From the human T2T-CHM13v2.0 reference genome, Homo sapiens: a stretch of 64,000 nucleotides of DNA. Position numbers and translations under genes: made by a program. Location: the NCBI RefSeq assembly GCF_009914755.1, contig NC_060926.1; one strand, written 5' to 3'. Shown here piece after piece: positions 1 through 15,256 of this stretch (position 1 is its first letter; each line of letters starts with the position of its first letter). Under the pieces are notes generated by a model. It did not search any database and was not told the DNA's origin. It saw nothing but the letters and a program-made list of their open reading frames with translations.

Positions 1-658
1 CCCTGCATGGTCACTGGTGTCTGGCTCTCTCCTCCTCCTGAGGGTGCCCAGTCTCCCTCTGTGGCTCCATCATGCATCAGGCACAGGTGAGGCACCCTCT
101 CCAAATCAAGGCCAATCCCAAGGCTCCCTGCTCATGTTCCTGGACAGGATGCCCAAAGGATCCTTTGTGATGAAGCCTCCATGGTCTCCCCCACCCCACC
201 CTGAACCCCCGCTCTTGCTCTGACTTCAAACCCTGGCTCTTCCCCTGACCCTCTCCACAAAGGCCCTGCCCTGCACTTCTCCTGCTCTCCGCTCTCTGGC
301 TCTGTCATCTTTCCCAACCCTGTGCGGCCTCACCCCCTCTCAGATGCCCGCCCAGACCCTTTCTTTGTATCACCATGGAGTCTTCCGCCTGCTCCTGTCT
401 CCACCTTCACGATGAGGACAAGGTCCCTGTCTGATTCATTCTCTACTTTACTCTGCAAGTTCAACATTACAGAGGAAATGGGAGATTACAATGAGAACTT
501 TAATATGACTGACCTTCAAATCCCAAGACAGGCTTGAAGGTAAAGCTTTAAAGTTCTAAATATTGCATTCTATCCTTAAGGGGTTTCACTCTTATTCAAG
601 AAGGCTGTAAGAACAACAGTTTGAAGGAACAGGATTTTCCACTAGAAGTCCCCACTCA

Positions 659-1108
<450 letters not shown>

Positions 1109-2383
1109 TCAAGGGCATAAAACCATTTACATTTTAAAAGCACCTAAGACATTCTACAAATGGTACAATGCAAAGGAAACAACCAGTAACCCACGGGAAG
1201 GTGAACAGGATTAGCTGGAAGGGAGCGATGCTTTCCATATACTTCCAGACTGTTTGACTGTTAAAATTATGAATTAAAACTAAGCCCCAGAAAGATATGT
1301 AAAATATCAATGACCCTTGCATGTCACTATCCAAATTATAAACCACCCTTAACCACCAAGTACCTTCCCAGGTTCTCCACCTCAACTAAGGATTTGGCTG
1401 CAAAAATACTACAGAGAGAAAGCTCTGCAATAAGTATTTCAGTAACAATTATGTGACTAATTCTTAGAGCTGGAAATAAGATACACTATCTGCACATCTC
1501 CACCTGAGAAAATCAAGTACTTTCTGTCATTGGAAGCAGGACACCAATAAACTTGGAAACACGTTGCACTCACACATTTCACTCGAGGTTCTAGTCCAGC
1601 GTCACCATTTAACAAGCACAAAACATCTCTTCATCTGAAATACCAGAGGATACCATCAAATTTGGGGAGAATAGGGAGAAAGAAATAGAAAAATTCCAGA
1701 CCACTTCTGAACTCCAGAAAGCAAAAATGGACTTTGATCCTGCAAATTACTACAGACAACAAAGAAGTGGACTCTCCTTCCTCCTCTCCTCCCAACTTCG
1801 CAAATATCAATGATGCCTGGTGTGGCATGGTAGAAAATGTTACCATGCTATTTCTTTTGCCTTTTTCTACTTAAAGAGATATAGGCTCCACCTAAGGATA
1901 TGTGACAATATTTTACCTCAAACGATAACAATGGAAAATGAAATATACTTTCCCTAAGGTTACCAAATGAATGAATCTCCTTAGTTTTCTGATGGAACGA
2001 ACAGATACATTAAAGAAAAAGAGGGAAACCAAGGGGAGGGAATCCCTCCTAGTTCATGGGGGCATCCCACAGGGTGGGCTGCGGAGAGGTCACTGGAGTT
2101 TCATCCCTCCCACACCTGTCACCAGTGAGGCTAAGCATCAGGGCCCTCATCCTCACAGGCACATCCCTCAGCAGCCCTGTACTCTTCTTCCCCGCTGCCA
2201 ATCACGTCCCTGGCTCAGGGCGGGGCTCTGGAACCTCATCTCTCTCTGAAAACTGCTAACAGGCCCCAGCTCCCGGCACATGCTCCCTTCTCAGCAGGCT
2301 CCAGCGAGCACCACCGATTAGGTTTGAGAATAACCGTTAATGAATCTATTTTTAGAATGCCTAAGGCAAAGAAAGCTGGGGCA

Positions 2384-2678
2384 AGCGGGGCGTGGTGGCT
2401 CACACCTGTAATCCCAGCACTTTGGGAGGTCAAGACGGGCAGATCACCTGAGCTCAGGAGTTCGAGACGACCCTGGGCAACATGGTGAAACCCTGTCTCA
2501 ACTAAAATACAAAAAACTAGCCGGGCATGGTGGCGTGCGCCTGTAGTCTCCTACTCAGGAGACTGAGGCACCAGAATCACTTGAGCTTAGGAGGGCAGGT
2601 TGCAGTGAGCCAATCTGGCGCCACTGCACTCCAGCTTGGGCTACAGAGTGAGACTCCATCTCAAAAAAAATAAATAAA
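2384..2678 (+). mobile_element. Alu (older S/J type)
   Basis: Both arms, central A-linker and A-rich tail. Confidence 0.93.
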
Positions 2679-3103
2679 TTTTTTTAAAAATCCATACTAG
2701 TTAAGAAGAAAAAGTAAATTCAGACTTCTCACCACGACTTTTAGGAGGAACTACTATGATCTAAGAAACCTAGGAGTGCTAACGCTGGGATCCAACGTAA
2801 CATGTAAAGCTCTATTATTTCTTTCTGAAAGTAGGGCACTTTCTAAAAGTTAAGAAGAAGATGGGAACAAAGTATACAACTTAAGGATTAATGCAAAAGG
2901 CAAAGGAGAAATTTTTTTAAAAGATGGATTATGACTTCAGGGCTCATTTTATTGCTTACTGTTAAGAAGTTTTGTTAGTAATATATTTGATACTTGATCT
3001 TGATGTAGAATGAATGCGAAAGAGAAATTTGATGGAAATACACTTCACAAAAGAAAGAAATTACAAAACTTTGCTGAGGGCCAAAAGAAAGGTCTATCTA
3101 AAG

Positions 3104-3287
3104 TATGGGTGTCCAATCTTTTGGAATCCCTGGGCCACAGTGGAAAAATAATTGTCTTGGGCCACATATAACGCTAACAATAGCTGAAGAGCAAAAAAAG
3201 CAAAACAAAACTCATAATGTTTTAAGAAAGTTTATGAATTTGTCCTGGGCCACATGCAGCCCGCGGGCAGTGGCTTGAACAAGTTTG
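3104..3287 (+). mobile_element. MER30 hAT-Charlie DNA transposon (MITE)
   Basis: GGGTGTCCAATCTTTTGG...CCCTGGGCCACA...CTCATAATGTTTTAAGAAAGTTTA...AACAAGTTTG matches the recalled MER30 consensus. Confidence 0.8.
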
Positions 3288-4855
3288 GTAAAGAAAAGCT
3301 AGGCGCTATTTCTGGATGGGAAGGCAATTTAATATGCAGAAATTATGAGGTCTGGGATTTTTCTCTTCTTTGCACTTCATTCTCTAGCTTTTCCACATTG
3401 AGCACCTTGTTTTCTCATTTCTCCTGTATTTTGTAATTTTCAAATGGCAGCTTAAAAAATTTTAATAATGGTTTTAAGCTAGCCTTTTCATTTTGTGTTC
3501 AAAAAGGGCAGAGAGGGAAAGAAGGTGAGAGAGGGATCTAGGAGGACCATCTCCAAACCACAGCACCCACGGGCACGATCCTCAGCCACCACAGCTGTGC
3601 CCCAACCCAGAGGGCTGTCAGTGCTCTGGGCTCATTCTCCATGCCTCAGTTTCCCCACCTATGAAATGGAGAGAACATCTCCCCTCTTCACGCCTCACTG
3701 CAGGATAGTTGGGTGCTGCTTCTCCTGCCCAAAATGAGGGCTGCATTTCAGCATCTACACTGGTGGGTGGGGGTGGGGTGGGAACGCAGGCAAGGTGAAG
3801 CCTAAGGAGGGCAGAGAGCGCTTCCGTTGGGATAGTGGGGACCTCTCATTGAATTAAGAACCTAGGATAGAAATTCTGTTTTTTAAATAATTAGGATGCA
3901 CTGGGGTAAGGGAGCAGGGAATCAGAATTAAATTCCACAGAACAGCAAAAGAAACCAAAAGAAAAAAAGAAAAAGATCCTGATTTGGCAATGTATGAGTT
4001 TTGCTGAGAAGCCCTGTTTAGGAGGATCCATTATTCACAGCTAATGGCCATTTCCACCAGAGCCATCACTAGCCCCTTTGATGAGTGTCAGAATAACTTG
4101 GTTCTTTCCCTTGGTTACAACCAAGCCATCCTACACCACCAATGTTCTGTTGCTGATAAAACCCAGCTGCCTGCTCAAGTCTTTTTTTAAAAAAAAAAAA
4201 AAAAAAGCAAGGTCACCCCCAGTATATATGTCAACCAAATTCTAACTTAGAACCAGCAGGCTTTGCTTTCAATTTCTAAAAATACTATAAAAATATTCAA
4301 AGATACTAAGAATAACATTCCAAGATCTCACCACCCTAACAAAATTGTTTTCCTTTTCTAGCACATCCAGACTCCCTCTGAAAAAGACTGCTTTGAAGTT
4401 CAAACGTTTTCTGCTGTTGCTTTACTTCACTTATTTATTTTGGTTACAGCAACTCTAAAAAGCTTAACCAAAAAGAAACTGATGGATTAACTCCAAATTC
4501 ACTCTTGGCCCTTCTAAATGCAGGGCGATGAGGAAACCCTCAGCCCCCCTCAGAAGAGAAGTTCCCACTTGCTGGCCGTCACTGCCCTTCCTGCCTGGAA
4601 GGAGTCCCTCCATGTTGCAGGTTACTTTACAACACACACCCACACCTTTTTTCCCTTGAAGCTCATCAAGCGAAGTTATCAGCTCTTTAGAGAAATCCCT
4701 TCAATTCCTCACAGTATTTAAAACAAATTATTTTTACCTGCAAGGCAAAAGAGTATTTTCATTTTACAAATGGAAAAAAAAAATTGAAACAGAAGGTTAG
4801 AAAGCTTGCACCACGTGATAGGGTGAGACCGCTTTATTCAGAAAAGGGATGATCT

Positions 4856-5166
4856 GGCCAGGCACTGTGGCTCATGCCTCTAATCCCAGCACTTTGGGAG
4901 GCCGAGGTGGGTGGATCACCTGAGGTCGGGAGTTCAAGACCAGCCTGGCCAACATGGTAAAACCTCATCTCTACTAAAAATACAAAAATTAGCCGGGTGT
5001 GGTGGCGCACGCTTGTGATCCCAGCTACTCAGGAGGCTGAGGCAGGAGAAACGCTGGAACCTGGGAGGCAGAAGTCGCAGTGAGGCAAAATCGCACCACT
5101 GCATTCCAGCCTGGGCAACAGAGCAAAACTCCATCTCAGAAAAAAATAAAAGTATAAAAAGAAAAA
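4856..5166 (+). mobile_element. Alu (AluSx-like)
   Basis: Full Alu; imperfect TSD GAAAAGGG(A/C)TGA. Confidence 0.95.
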
Positions 5167-5387
5167 GAAAAGGGCTGACCCTGAATTAATCCTCCCCACA
5201 TTTACCCTTCAGGTAATTCCTAGGACTTGTCATATTTGTAAGACAAAAAGCAAGACAAGAAATTTGCAGTAGACATTAATGTGGGTTCAGTACACATGAA
5301 GAATCTGGTAACTGGCCTCACCTATTCAACATATCTATTTGTGAAAGCTCTCCAACTTCACATCAGACATGTTCTTGACTTCTCAGC

Positions 5388-5735
5388 TGTCTTAGTCCAT
5401 GTTCAGGCTGCTATCACAAATATACTACACAGTGGGTGGCTAATAAACAGGAATTTGTTTCTCACAGTTATGAAGGTTGGGAAGTGCAAGATCAAGACAC
5501 TGGCGGTGAGGGCTCACTTCCTATTCACAGACGGTGCCTTCTTGCTGTATCCTCACATGGTGGAAGGGAGGAATGAACTCCCTTGGGCCTCTGTTACAAA
5601 GACACTATCCCATGCATGAGGGCTCTGCCTCCTGACCTAATCACCTCCCAAATACCCCACCTCTTAATGCCATCACTTCAAGGATTAGGTTCCAACATGT
5701 GAATTCCAGGGGACACAAACATTCAGATCACAGCA
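5388..5735 (-). mobile_element. MaLR solo LTR, MLT1A-like
   Basis: TGTCTTAGTCC...GGCTGCTAT...GACACAAACATTCAGATCACAGCA is the reverse complement of MLT1A termini. Confidence 0.8.
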
Positions 5736-6547
5736 CTGGCCTGTATAGAAGTACCATACATATCATATACCAGGACTAGAATCCAGTCACATATCTACAA
5801 AAGGTAGGCAGCTCAGGAGACATGCACACCACAAAGCACATTTCAGGCCACACGGGCCAACCCCAAAATGCAAAACTGATTATACTTTGCCCTGCCCTAA
5901 TGTCTGAACACTTCAGGCATGTTCATCAAAATCTCTCTCATGCTGCACAAATTCTTATGGAGGGCTTACTCATGTCATTAAATCAAGTTTATGTCAGGTC
6001 AGACTTCCACATTCTGCCTTTATGGGCCACAAAGACTCCTGCTCCTGGCATTGTGTCACTCCAGCCTCTGCTCATTCCATCACTTTCACCTTCAACTCCA
6101 CCGCCCAAATTGTATCCTTCTGCTAAATGCCAACTCAATGCCCCAGGTCTTAAGGGCATCCCATTCTCTCCAAGTCCCAGATCTCATTTCTCTCATGGTA
6201 CTCAGCACTTTACCTTGACTACTTTACCTTGTCCATTTTCTTAGGAACTATGGTGGAAAATGGGAAAATTGTTGAAAATAAAGATGCCCAAGTCTTAAAC
6301 CCTGTTTCTACCTACAGAACACTTCTGATACCACGTGTGTGTGCTTTTCCCATACTACCAACCAATTCTCCCACTCTCTAGACACCAAGCAAGTGGCCAA
6401 TGATTCCATTCAATTCTGGCTCCTTGGAGAGAAGGCTGATTCCAGGTTTGGGGTAGAAAAAGAAAATGAGCCTGAAACATCTAGACATTAAGGAAGTGCT
6501 CAAAGACTAAAAGAAGCTACGGGTCCACAGTGATTAAAGAAAGATCA

Positions 6548-6963
6548 CCATGAGTTTAACGGTGCCCCCTAAAATATGTCCACATTCCAATTCCTAGAAT
6601 TTGTGATTGTTATCTTACTTGGAAAAAAGGTCTTTTTAGCTGTAATTAAAGATCTCAAGACAAAAAGATCATCCCGGATTATCCAGTTGGGCTCTAAATC
6701 TAGTGACAAATGTTCTTATAAGAAACACCCAGGAGAGATTTAGCAGACAGAAAAGGAGGAGGCCATGTCACCGCAGAGGCTGGAGCAGTGCAGGCAAAAG
6801 ACAAGAAACCCTGGAGCCACAGAGGAGCATTCCGAGGGAGCTCAGCCCTGCCAACACCTTGGTTTCAGACTTCTGGCCACCAGATTTAGAAATAATAAAT
6901 ATCTCGTTTCAAAGGCACCTAATTTGGAGTAATTTGTTACAGCAGCCACGGGAAACTAATACA
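6548..6963 (+). mobile_element. MaLR solo LTR, MLT1C-like
   Basis: CAGCCCTGCCAACACCTTGGTTTCAGACTTCTGG and 3' end TTTGTTACAGCAGCCACGGGAAACTAATACA. Confidence 0.8.
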
Positions 6964-7386
6964 GTGAGAGAAGAAAAAGGGAGGGAAAGTTCTTTTCAAA
7001 ACACCACCAGTTAATAACTATCAAAAGATTTACAAAATTAGAAAATCACTAACTGCAATCCCCAACAGAAAAATCGGTCCAGGCAAGGATCATCAATGGA
7101 CATGAAATGCACTGGCTGGAGAACAAGATATTCGCACAGGTGGCAAGAATCACTCCACAGATTTCATACTGCAAAAATGTACCTTCAAAATGAAGCAGCA
7201 TAGAGGCCATTCCTTCCAGGGGTCACACTGAACACTGTCAAGTGGGACCAGCCCAGACACTACATGTTCCCAACGACACCAATTAGCAAGCATTGTTATA
7301 AAAATGTTTAACTGAACTTAATCATAAGGAAACAATCAGACAAATCCAGAATGTGGGACATTTATAGGAAAACTGCTCTGGGCTTT

Positions 7387-7434
<48 letters not shown>

Positions 7435-7476
7435 TGAATATACGTAAATATGTATATACACACACACACATATATA
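7387..7476. repeat. (TA)n(CA)n compound microsatellite
   Basis: Directly visible. Confidence 0.95.
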
Positions 7477-7619
7477 GGTAAATGTTATGAGAAACAATCA
7501 AACAAACAAAAAAAAATCAGGCTACTATGGCTCCAGAAATTTAGAGGCATAAAACCAAATGCAACATGTAAATCTTGACTGGGTCCTAGATTTTAAACTA
7601 AACAAAAAAAAATTTTTTA

Positions 7620-7793
7620 ATTAGCTGGCTGTGGTGGCACACACCTGTAGTCCCAGCTACTCAGGAGCCTGAGGCAGGAGGATCACCTGAGTCCAGGATT
7701 TTGAGGCTGCAGTGAACTAAGATCATGCCACTGCATTCCAGCATGGACAACAGATTGAAACCCTGTCTCAAAAAAACAGAAGCAAAAAAAAAA
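7620..7793 (+). mobile_element. Alu right monomer (FRAM/AluJ arm)
   Basis: Single arm with J-type GGAGGATCAC...GAGGCTGCAGTGA and A tail. Confidence 0.85.
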
Positions 7794-8694
7794 TCTCAGA
7801 AAGGCTATCACAGTCATTTATGGTACAATGGGGGGAAATTTAAATATAGACTATATCTTAGATATTATTTTGTTAATTTTTAGGGAGTGATAATGGTAAT
7901 GAGATTATATAGAAGAATACCTTTATTCTTAGGAGATATATGTAAAGTACTTGAAGGTGAAGTACTGTTACGTCTGCACCTTTCAAATATTTCAACAAAA
8001 AAAGTATATATAAAATATATACAAAAAAAGTAAGAAAAAGAAAAATGTGGAAAAAAATGTAGGCATCTGGTGAATCTGGGCAGAGAGTATTTGGGTGTTC
8101 ACTAAAATATTCTTTTAGTAGAAAAGATAGAAAATCTGAAAGGAAATTTTGAAAATGTTGAAAATTCACAATTTCCAGCTTGTGCCTCCAACCCTCAGGC
8201 TCCTACAGGCCTAGGAGGATCCTAGGAACCTGCATTTGACAAGCCCAAGCTGATCTCACGCTCGGGTCAGCCTGGGAATGCCACCGGTACTAGGTTGTTG
8301 GATTTTAGCTGTCTGCTGTCCCCCAGGGTCCTCTGGCGTCACAGTGATATCTAACTTGCTGCACATCCTCCAAGGCAGAGGCTAACAATTGTGTCCCGAG
8401 TGAATTTATGAGGGCAATTGCCGATCATGTGGGAGCTGATTATATTAAGGGCAAAACTGTACCGTAACCAAAGTCCCAACCTCAGGGAAGTTTGAAGTCT
8501 ATTACCATAAACACAAAACTAAGACACATAAAACACTCTTTCATATGGTTTTCAGGTTTTATCTCTTTTCTTGTTAAGTAACACTGACAGGAAAGAAAGG
8601 TACCACAACTAAAATGTCACTACAACAAAATCCACAATACACCAAAAATTACATAAATGTTACTAGATGTCACAATGTCACAACTGTAATTTCC

Positions 8695-8993
8695 TTTTTT
8701 TTTTTTTTTTGAGATGGAGTTTCGCTTTTGTTGCCCAGGCTGGAGTGCAATGGCACGATCTTGGCCCACTGCAATTTCCGCCTCCGGGTTCACGAGATTC
8801 TCCTGCCTCAGCCTCCTGAGTTGCTGGGATTACAGGCGCCCGCCACCATGCCCAGCTAATTTTTTGTATTTTTACTAGAGACGGGGTTTCACCATGTTGG
8901 CCAGGCTGGTCTCAAACTCCCGATCTCAGGTGATCCACCTGCCTTGGCCTCCCAAAATGCTGGGATTACAGGCATGAGCCACAGCGACCAGCC
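8695..8993 (-). mobile_element. Alu (AluSp/Sq-like)
   Basis: Poly-T followed by reverse-complement Alu. Confidence 0.95.
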
Positions 8994-10235
8994 TTAACTC
9001 TAACTTTCAAAGGCTAAAGGTGAAAAGATAATGGCTCCTAAACCCGACTAAAACATCAGAAAATGTCTTTTGTCTTTGATTTCTTTTCTTTTTTTGAATA
9101 TAGGCAATCTATTTTCCTCCCTGCCCCTCTCTCCATATCCCTCCTCCCTGACTTCTTTTTTGTTCTTGTTTAAGGAATCAATCCACGTGGACAGGGAGAA
9201 GGGGAAGGGAGAACAGGCACCAAAATGCTACTGGATAGGAAAAAGAAGATAGGTGAATATGGGGACATGGAGAGGGCACGGACGTGGGCGGGCAGTGGAA
9301 TGGCCCATTTATACTTAGGGTCAAGAACTGGGCCAGGCCTGGAGCATCTGCAATGGGTGTGGAGGCAGCAGAGACAGGAAGTCTGATTTTCAAAGACATC
9401 TAAGAAGCAGGACAAGTTCCAGCTCCTGTCCCACCCTGGCAGAAGACAGGTGGCTCCATCTCTGGAGAGGGTGGAATCAGGGTCTCTGACAGAGGAGCCC
9501 AGATCCCCCTGGGACAATCAGGTTACTGATTAGGCTACAGCCCTCGCTCACTGGGCTCCAGGATGCAGGCAGCCAAGCCTCCCCTTCCTGCAGGGACCAG
9601 GGAGAGTCTTGTGACAATAGCCCGGGAGGACCAACCCGCAGCACTAAGGTCAGAAGGCCCCAACAAGGAAAGGTTCAGCTCACAGAAGGCAGTGCCCATC
9701 CCTACAGCGTCCCCCACTCTTAAACATGGGCAGGCCATCTGAGGAGAGCCTCACACAGAAACGGGAAGGCAGCCTAGAGGAAAGAGATCCTTCAGTAAAG
9801 AGAAAAGAAAACAAATTTTTTAAAAATCCAGAGAATATACCATGAAATGAAGACCATGTTTTAGTTTTTTAAAAAAGTTCACAGAACAAAAAAGAACTCT
9901 TATACATGAAAAAGTATGGCAAAAATAAAATGTAAAAAAATCACTAGAAGAGTCTAAATACAAAAATGAGGAGACGTCCCAAAAGTGCAACAACCTTAAA
10001 ATGGTAGAAAATAGGAAATAAGAGGATTGGTCCAGCAATCCTATATCAGAATAGTAGTAGTCCCAGAAAGAGATGAAATAGAAAATGGGAGGGGAGAAAA
10101 TCACCAAAGAATAATTCAAGAAAATTCCCATAACTGAAGAATAAGTGTTTCTGGATTGCCAGGGCACAAAAAATGCCCAACATGCTGGATAAAATACACC
10201 AAGGCCTAGCACTGTGGATCTTGGAACACCATGGA

Positions 10236-10625
10236 TGTATCAGTCAGGGCAGGCATTGTTAAACTACAGCAATGAGCAGCCCAAAAGCCCTCAGAGGCCT
10301 ACAACAACCAAGATTTATTCTTCAAGTTTATTTCAATCGAACAGGGTCATAGCATGGGTGGGAGGGGGTTCTGCAAGCTGAGTATCATCATTGTCAAGCT
10401 GAGTTCAGAACCTAACTAAAGGGAAGGAAAACTCTGGCAGCAACTTACACTCGCAGCGAAGTGCAGGCCCAGAAGTGGAAGTAGCACTTCCGCTCAGCAG
10501 GAGGGCAGGCCACTGGCACAACAACCATGTGAGGCCATCAAGCTCAGGGAGTGAGGAAGGGAGGGCAATCCTACCAAGAGCCTGGGGGACAGGGGGCTGG
10601 ACATGTGTGGCGAGCACTGACAACT
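10236..10625 (-). mobile_element. Old MaLR LTR (MLT1J/K/L-like)
   Basis: Starts TGTATCAGTCAGG; contains CCCAGAAGTG...CACTTCCGCTCA typical of old MLT1 LTRs. Confidence 0.5.
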
Positions 10626-11415
10626 AGACCCGAAAGGAAGATGCTACAATCTTCAGAAAGAGAAGGACTGGCTTGAAATTCTTCAACAATGCTGGAGGCC
10701 AAAAAGGATTGGACCAATGCTTCAAAAATTCTAAAGGAACTTTTTTTCTATAATTCTACACTATCAATCTATCAGACATGAAGGCAGAAAATATACTTAT
10801 GGGTAAAGTCTCAGAATTCACTTCCCATCACATCCAAACCAGGGAGTGAAACAAGAGGGAGTCAGGAAGAGGAAGTCAGGAAACAGAAGTCCTGCAGTGG
10901 GTAGGTCCAGGCTGATGTGGGTGCAGGTGGTGAGGCTGGCAGCTGACCCTCAGATGTATCCACAAGTTGCAGTAGAAGGCCCCGGGGCCCTTCTTCAGGA
11001 AGGGGTGCTGACCAAGGGGCATCCTGATGCTCATGAACATCATGGGGGAAGACGCGACAGACAACTGGCAAAGAGTTTGGAGTTGGATCTGTCATACTAC
11101 ATAGAAAGCAAGCAAATTAGAACACCAGCCAATTATTCGCTGGAGAAAACAAAAAGTAACCTACAACATGACTCACTAGGAACAGCATTTACATAGTCAT
11201 GCTTGTAAACACTGCATGATGAGCTCCGTGAGATTATACCACATCTATATAGGAGGGTGGAGAGCATGTACAGGGGCAAAGAGAAGAAAAAAATCATCTC
11301 CCAAAGAACAAAGTCACTAGGTAATATCTACAACTGAAAAATGAGGAAGCCAGGTGATTCAATGGCACAATGATAAATACCAAAATAATCAACTAAAAGA
11401 AGTGAAATGCCTAGG

Positions 11416-11781
<366 letters not shown>

Positions 11782-12890
11782 CTATTTAACTTTTTACACT
11801 ATATGCATGTTAAAAAAAAATACGTTAAAGGTAATTCAAGCAGTCTGCCCAGGAGCTACCTAGTAGGTTGGCCTGATTTTTGATTCAGCACAAAGGGCAG
11901 AAACTGAGTTCTTTCAATGAGCCATTAGCACTGCTATAAATGTTTCAAGGGCTGAAACACATAAGACACAATCCCTGTCCTCAGAATCGGGATTTCATTG
12001 AGAAAAAAAAGCCAACATATGAATGGGAAAGAACTCAAGTACAGTGCAAGTTAGCAGGTGGTCAACCCTAAGACATGAAGAAGAGTTATGTGGTATCAAG
12101 GAGGAGACTCAGGGCCAGAGTAGGTAACAAAGACTTTGGGAAAGATGTAAGGAGGAGAAGGAGAAAGGCTAACAGAACTTGAGTTCTGTTCCCGAAACAG
12201 GGAGGGCATTTCTGCAACGGAGGCTGGCTAACAGTGAGGGTGTATATAATTGGGAAGTATGGACAGTTTTTTCAAACAGTGGTGAGATTTTACTTGTAAC
12301 AGGGAGGGCAAGATTACTAATTAGGAAAAGCAGAGATTAGAAAACACAGACATCACGGTTGAGGGACTACATTTTCAGTGTCCTTCGGTGTTATCAATCA
12401 CAAGCCCTGTAACATTTTTCCCTGCAGAGTGGCTCAGACTTAGCATACCTGCTCCTTATTAACACTGCCTCCACCCTGTGTTAAACCCCTCATAGCTAAA
12501 ATCAACCATGTCGTGGGCTGCACCCCAGGCCTGCCTGCCTGCTTGCCTGCTCTGGCCCCTGTCTGCCTGGGCAGCCTCATGGCTGTAATTTTGTTTTCAC
12601 ACTCCAACAATACCATCCTTCTTTGCATTCCTAGAATACTGCCTGCTCTTGGCTGCCGCAGGACCTCTGCACACACTGCTCCTCCTAGAACACGCTCTCT
12701 CCTATGACTTCCCTGTTAACTCCTACATAAGCCGTCCATTCTCAGCTCACTTTTGATTCCTCAACAAAACAAACGTACCTGATTGCTCTCACTTAGGAGT
12801 TCCTGGCATAGTTCTCATGCATTCCTTTTCCTCACACCAGTTTGTAATTTAACCTTCATTTCCAATTCATGCCCACCTCACCATCTTGGC

Positions 12891-13074
12891 CAGTGGGTCT
12901 CAAAGTGGTGTCAGGTCACAGCAACAGCATACAGAACAACCTATTAGTGATGCAGATTCTCAGGCCACATCCCAGACCAACTGAATCAGAAACTTGAGGT
13001 GGGAGACAAGCAGTCTGTGTTTTTTAAAAAAAACCCTACTGATTCTGATGCATGCTTAAGTCTGAGAATCAATG
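12891..13074. mobile_element. MER5A DNA transposon inside an L2 3' fragment (~12400-13210)
   Basis: CAGTGGGTCTCAAAGTG...ATGCAGATTCTCAGGCC...CTGAATCAGAAAC...GATTCTGATGCA. Confidence 0.75.
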
Positions 13075-13227
13075 TGCTACACTATGTGGTATAGGGTCTG
13101 TACCATCACAGCACAGACCAGTTAAGTTTTAGCACCCCATGGTGTCTCCTAGTGCCAAATTCAGGGACAACAGTAAGGACTTGGTAAGATTTCCTGGTCA
13201 GATGAATGATTGGTTAAAAAACTTTCC

Positions 13228-13579
<352 letters not shown>

Positions 13580-13619
13580 CTATAGAATACCCCCAAAATA
13601 AACATTGAAACTGCTGTTC

Positions 13620-13870
13620 GAAGACCTGGGTTCTAGCTCCTGCTCCCAGGCCTTTCTGGGTTCAAATTTTGGCCCTCCTTCTCTTACTATCTGTGTGATC
13701 ATCCATAAATTTCCTAATCTCTCTTGGCCTTAACTTCCTCACCTCTAAAATAGGAATCATTATAGTACCGATTTCCCAGGGTTGCTCAATGATTGAGACA
13801 ATGGCACTAAGAATCATGACTCACACAGTTAAGCACTCAACAAATGTAGGTAGTATTACTGCCATAATAA
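13620..13870 (+). mobile_element. MIR SINE
   Basis: CTGGGTTCAAAT...CCTTAACTTCCTCACCTCTAAAATAGG...AAGCACTCAACAAATG core. Confidence 0.7.
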
Positions 13871-15101
13871 TAGTTATTCAACTTTAAATGGTCTTTCCTC
13901 TTGGGTCTCAGCTTTCTTACTCAAGATTGACCACACACACACTTCAGACTAGTTCTTCCTCCCTTGCAAAACTACACACATCTAACACCCATCCGACGCC
14001 TGAAACCTCCCCTAGCAACCCGGAGTCCTGCTGGGGTTTTCCAGCTCCACCTCCTGAACAGCTGGGCTGTAGCACACAGGCTGGATCTACTCATACTTGC
14101 CTTCCTAGAGCTCAACTGAAGTCACTTCAGACAAGTGAAGTACCCACTCACCTCTGGAATCAGATCTTGGTAACGCCAACAGGTTAGCAGGTGATTTCAT
14201 TTCAGTGTGTGTCTGGGTGGCTAGCATTCAAACGCAGCTCACACTGGGAGCTATTTCTAGTCCAATTTTGCTACTTGGTAACGTATTAATAGCATCAATT
14301 AAAACATTCCCAACGAATAGATCTTTAAAAGGACGGTTTCTGACTTCCCTAACAAGCAGAGGGCCGACCACCTGCCTGCGAAGTGCCCCTCCTGCCCTGT
14401 CTCCAGGCAGCATGCTGTGAGCGATGACAGAAACTGGACCCGCGCACAGAGAAGCTGCAGGCACGCCCTGCCCGGCCACCCAGCTGCCTGCCTGCTTCGC
14501 CCGGCCGCCGAGCCCCGGGGGAAAACCTAGAATGGGGATGCCGGTGCGCCCCAACACCTGGGCACGGCCGCGGGCCGGGGAGCCGCCCACACTTGGCTCC
14601 CCAAGAGTTAAACGCTGAGTAATTTTCCTGAGGAGCAAACAGTCGGAGCGGGGGCTCTGCCAATGGCCACAGTATTTTTATCCGACTTAACCAACACCGC
14701 GGCGCGACCTCGGCTGTCCCCAAGGGTATCACCACGCGGCACGCTCCAGAGTCCCCGACCGGGACCCTCGCCGGCTCCCAGCGCGACATGGACGACAGCG
14801 CCGCCGCCGAGTCCCCCGCGCCCGGGCAGGAGGCAGAGACCTGGGGCCGCCCGAGGACTGCTAGGGGCCCCTCCGCCCGGGGTCCGCGCCCGGGCCTAAG
14901 CGGTAGGGGGTGTGCGCCCAAGTTGGCCCGCTTTGCTGCAAGAGTGGAAAGGGGTGGGAGCAGAAAGCGCCGGCCCCGCCCGGGGCGGGGAGCAACGCGG
15001 GGCTGCAGGGCCGCCTCGGGGCCCCGAACCACCGCCGCCCGGCCCACCGCGGCGCCGGGGAATGAATGGGGCTCCCCAGCTGGCAGCGGGCGCGCACTCA
15101 C

Positions 15102-15195
15102 AGGCGACGTAGGCCAGCAAGGCGATGCCCAGCAGCAGCTTCATCCTCCTGCGGTTGACGGCAGACACGAGGCGCAGCAGCGCCTTGCTCACCAT
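15102..15195 (-). CDS. UXS1: UDP-glucuronate decarboxylase 1 (UDP-xylose synthase), first coding exon: cytosolic tail and signal-anchor
   Basis: Translates MVSKALLRLVSAVNRRRMKLLLGIALLAYVA, the N-terminus of human UXS1. Strong Kozak context (gggATGg). 94 nt ending in a phase-1 GTGAGT donor (15101-15096). Later exons lie outside the window. Confidence 0.97.
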
Positions 15196-15256
15196 CCCCG
15201 GGAGCCGCGCGGGTCCAGGGCCCTGCCGCGCGGGGGCCCGCCTGCTGCACAATGCG

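Larger units (their letters stand above)
7020..8170 (+). mobile_element. Old L1 (L1MC/L1ME) 3' UTR fragments
   Basis: AAGGAAACAATCAGACAAATCCAGAATGTGGGACATT and CTTATTCTTAGGAGATA/GGTGAATCTGGG-like motifs of L1MC4/ME 3' ends; interrupted by a microsatellite and an Alu arm. Confidence 0.6.

Noticed and set aside
10846-11196. 116-aa ORF
   Set aside because: Lies within the HAL1-like relic; no recognisable protein.
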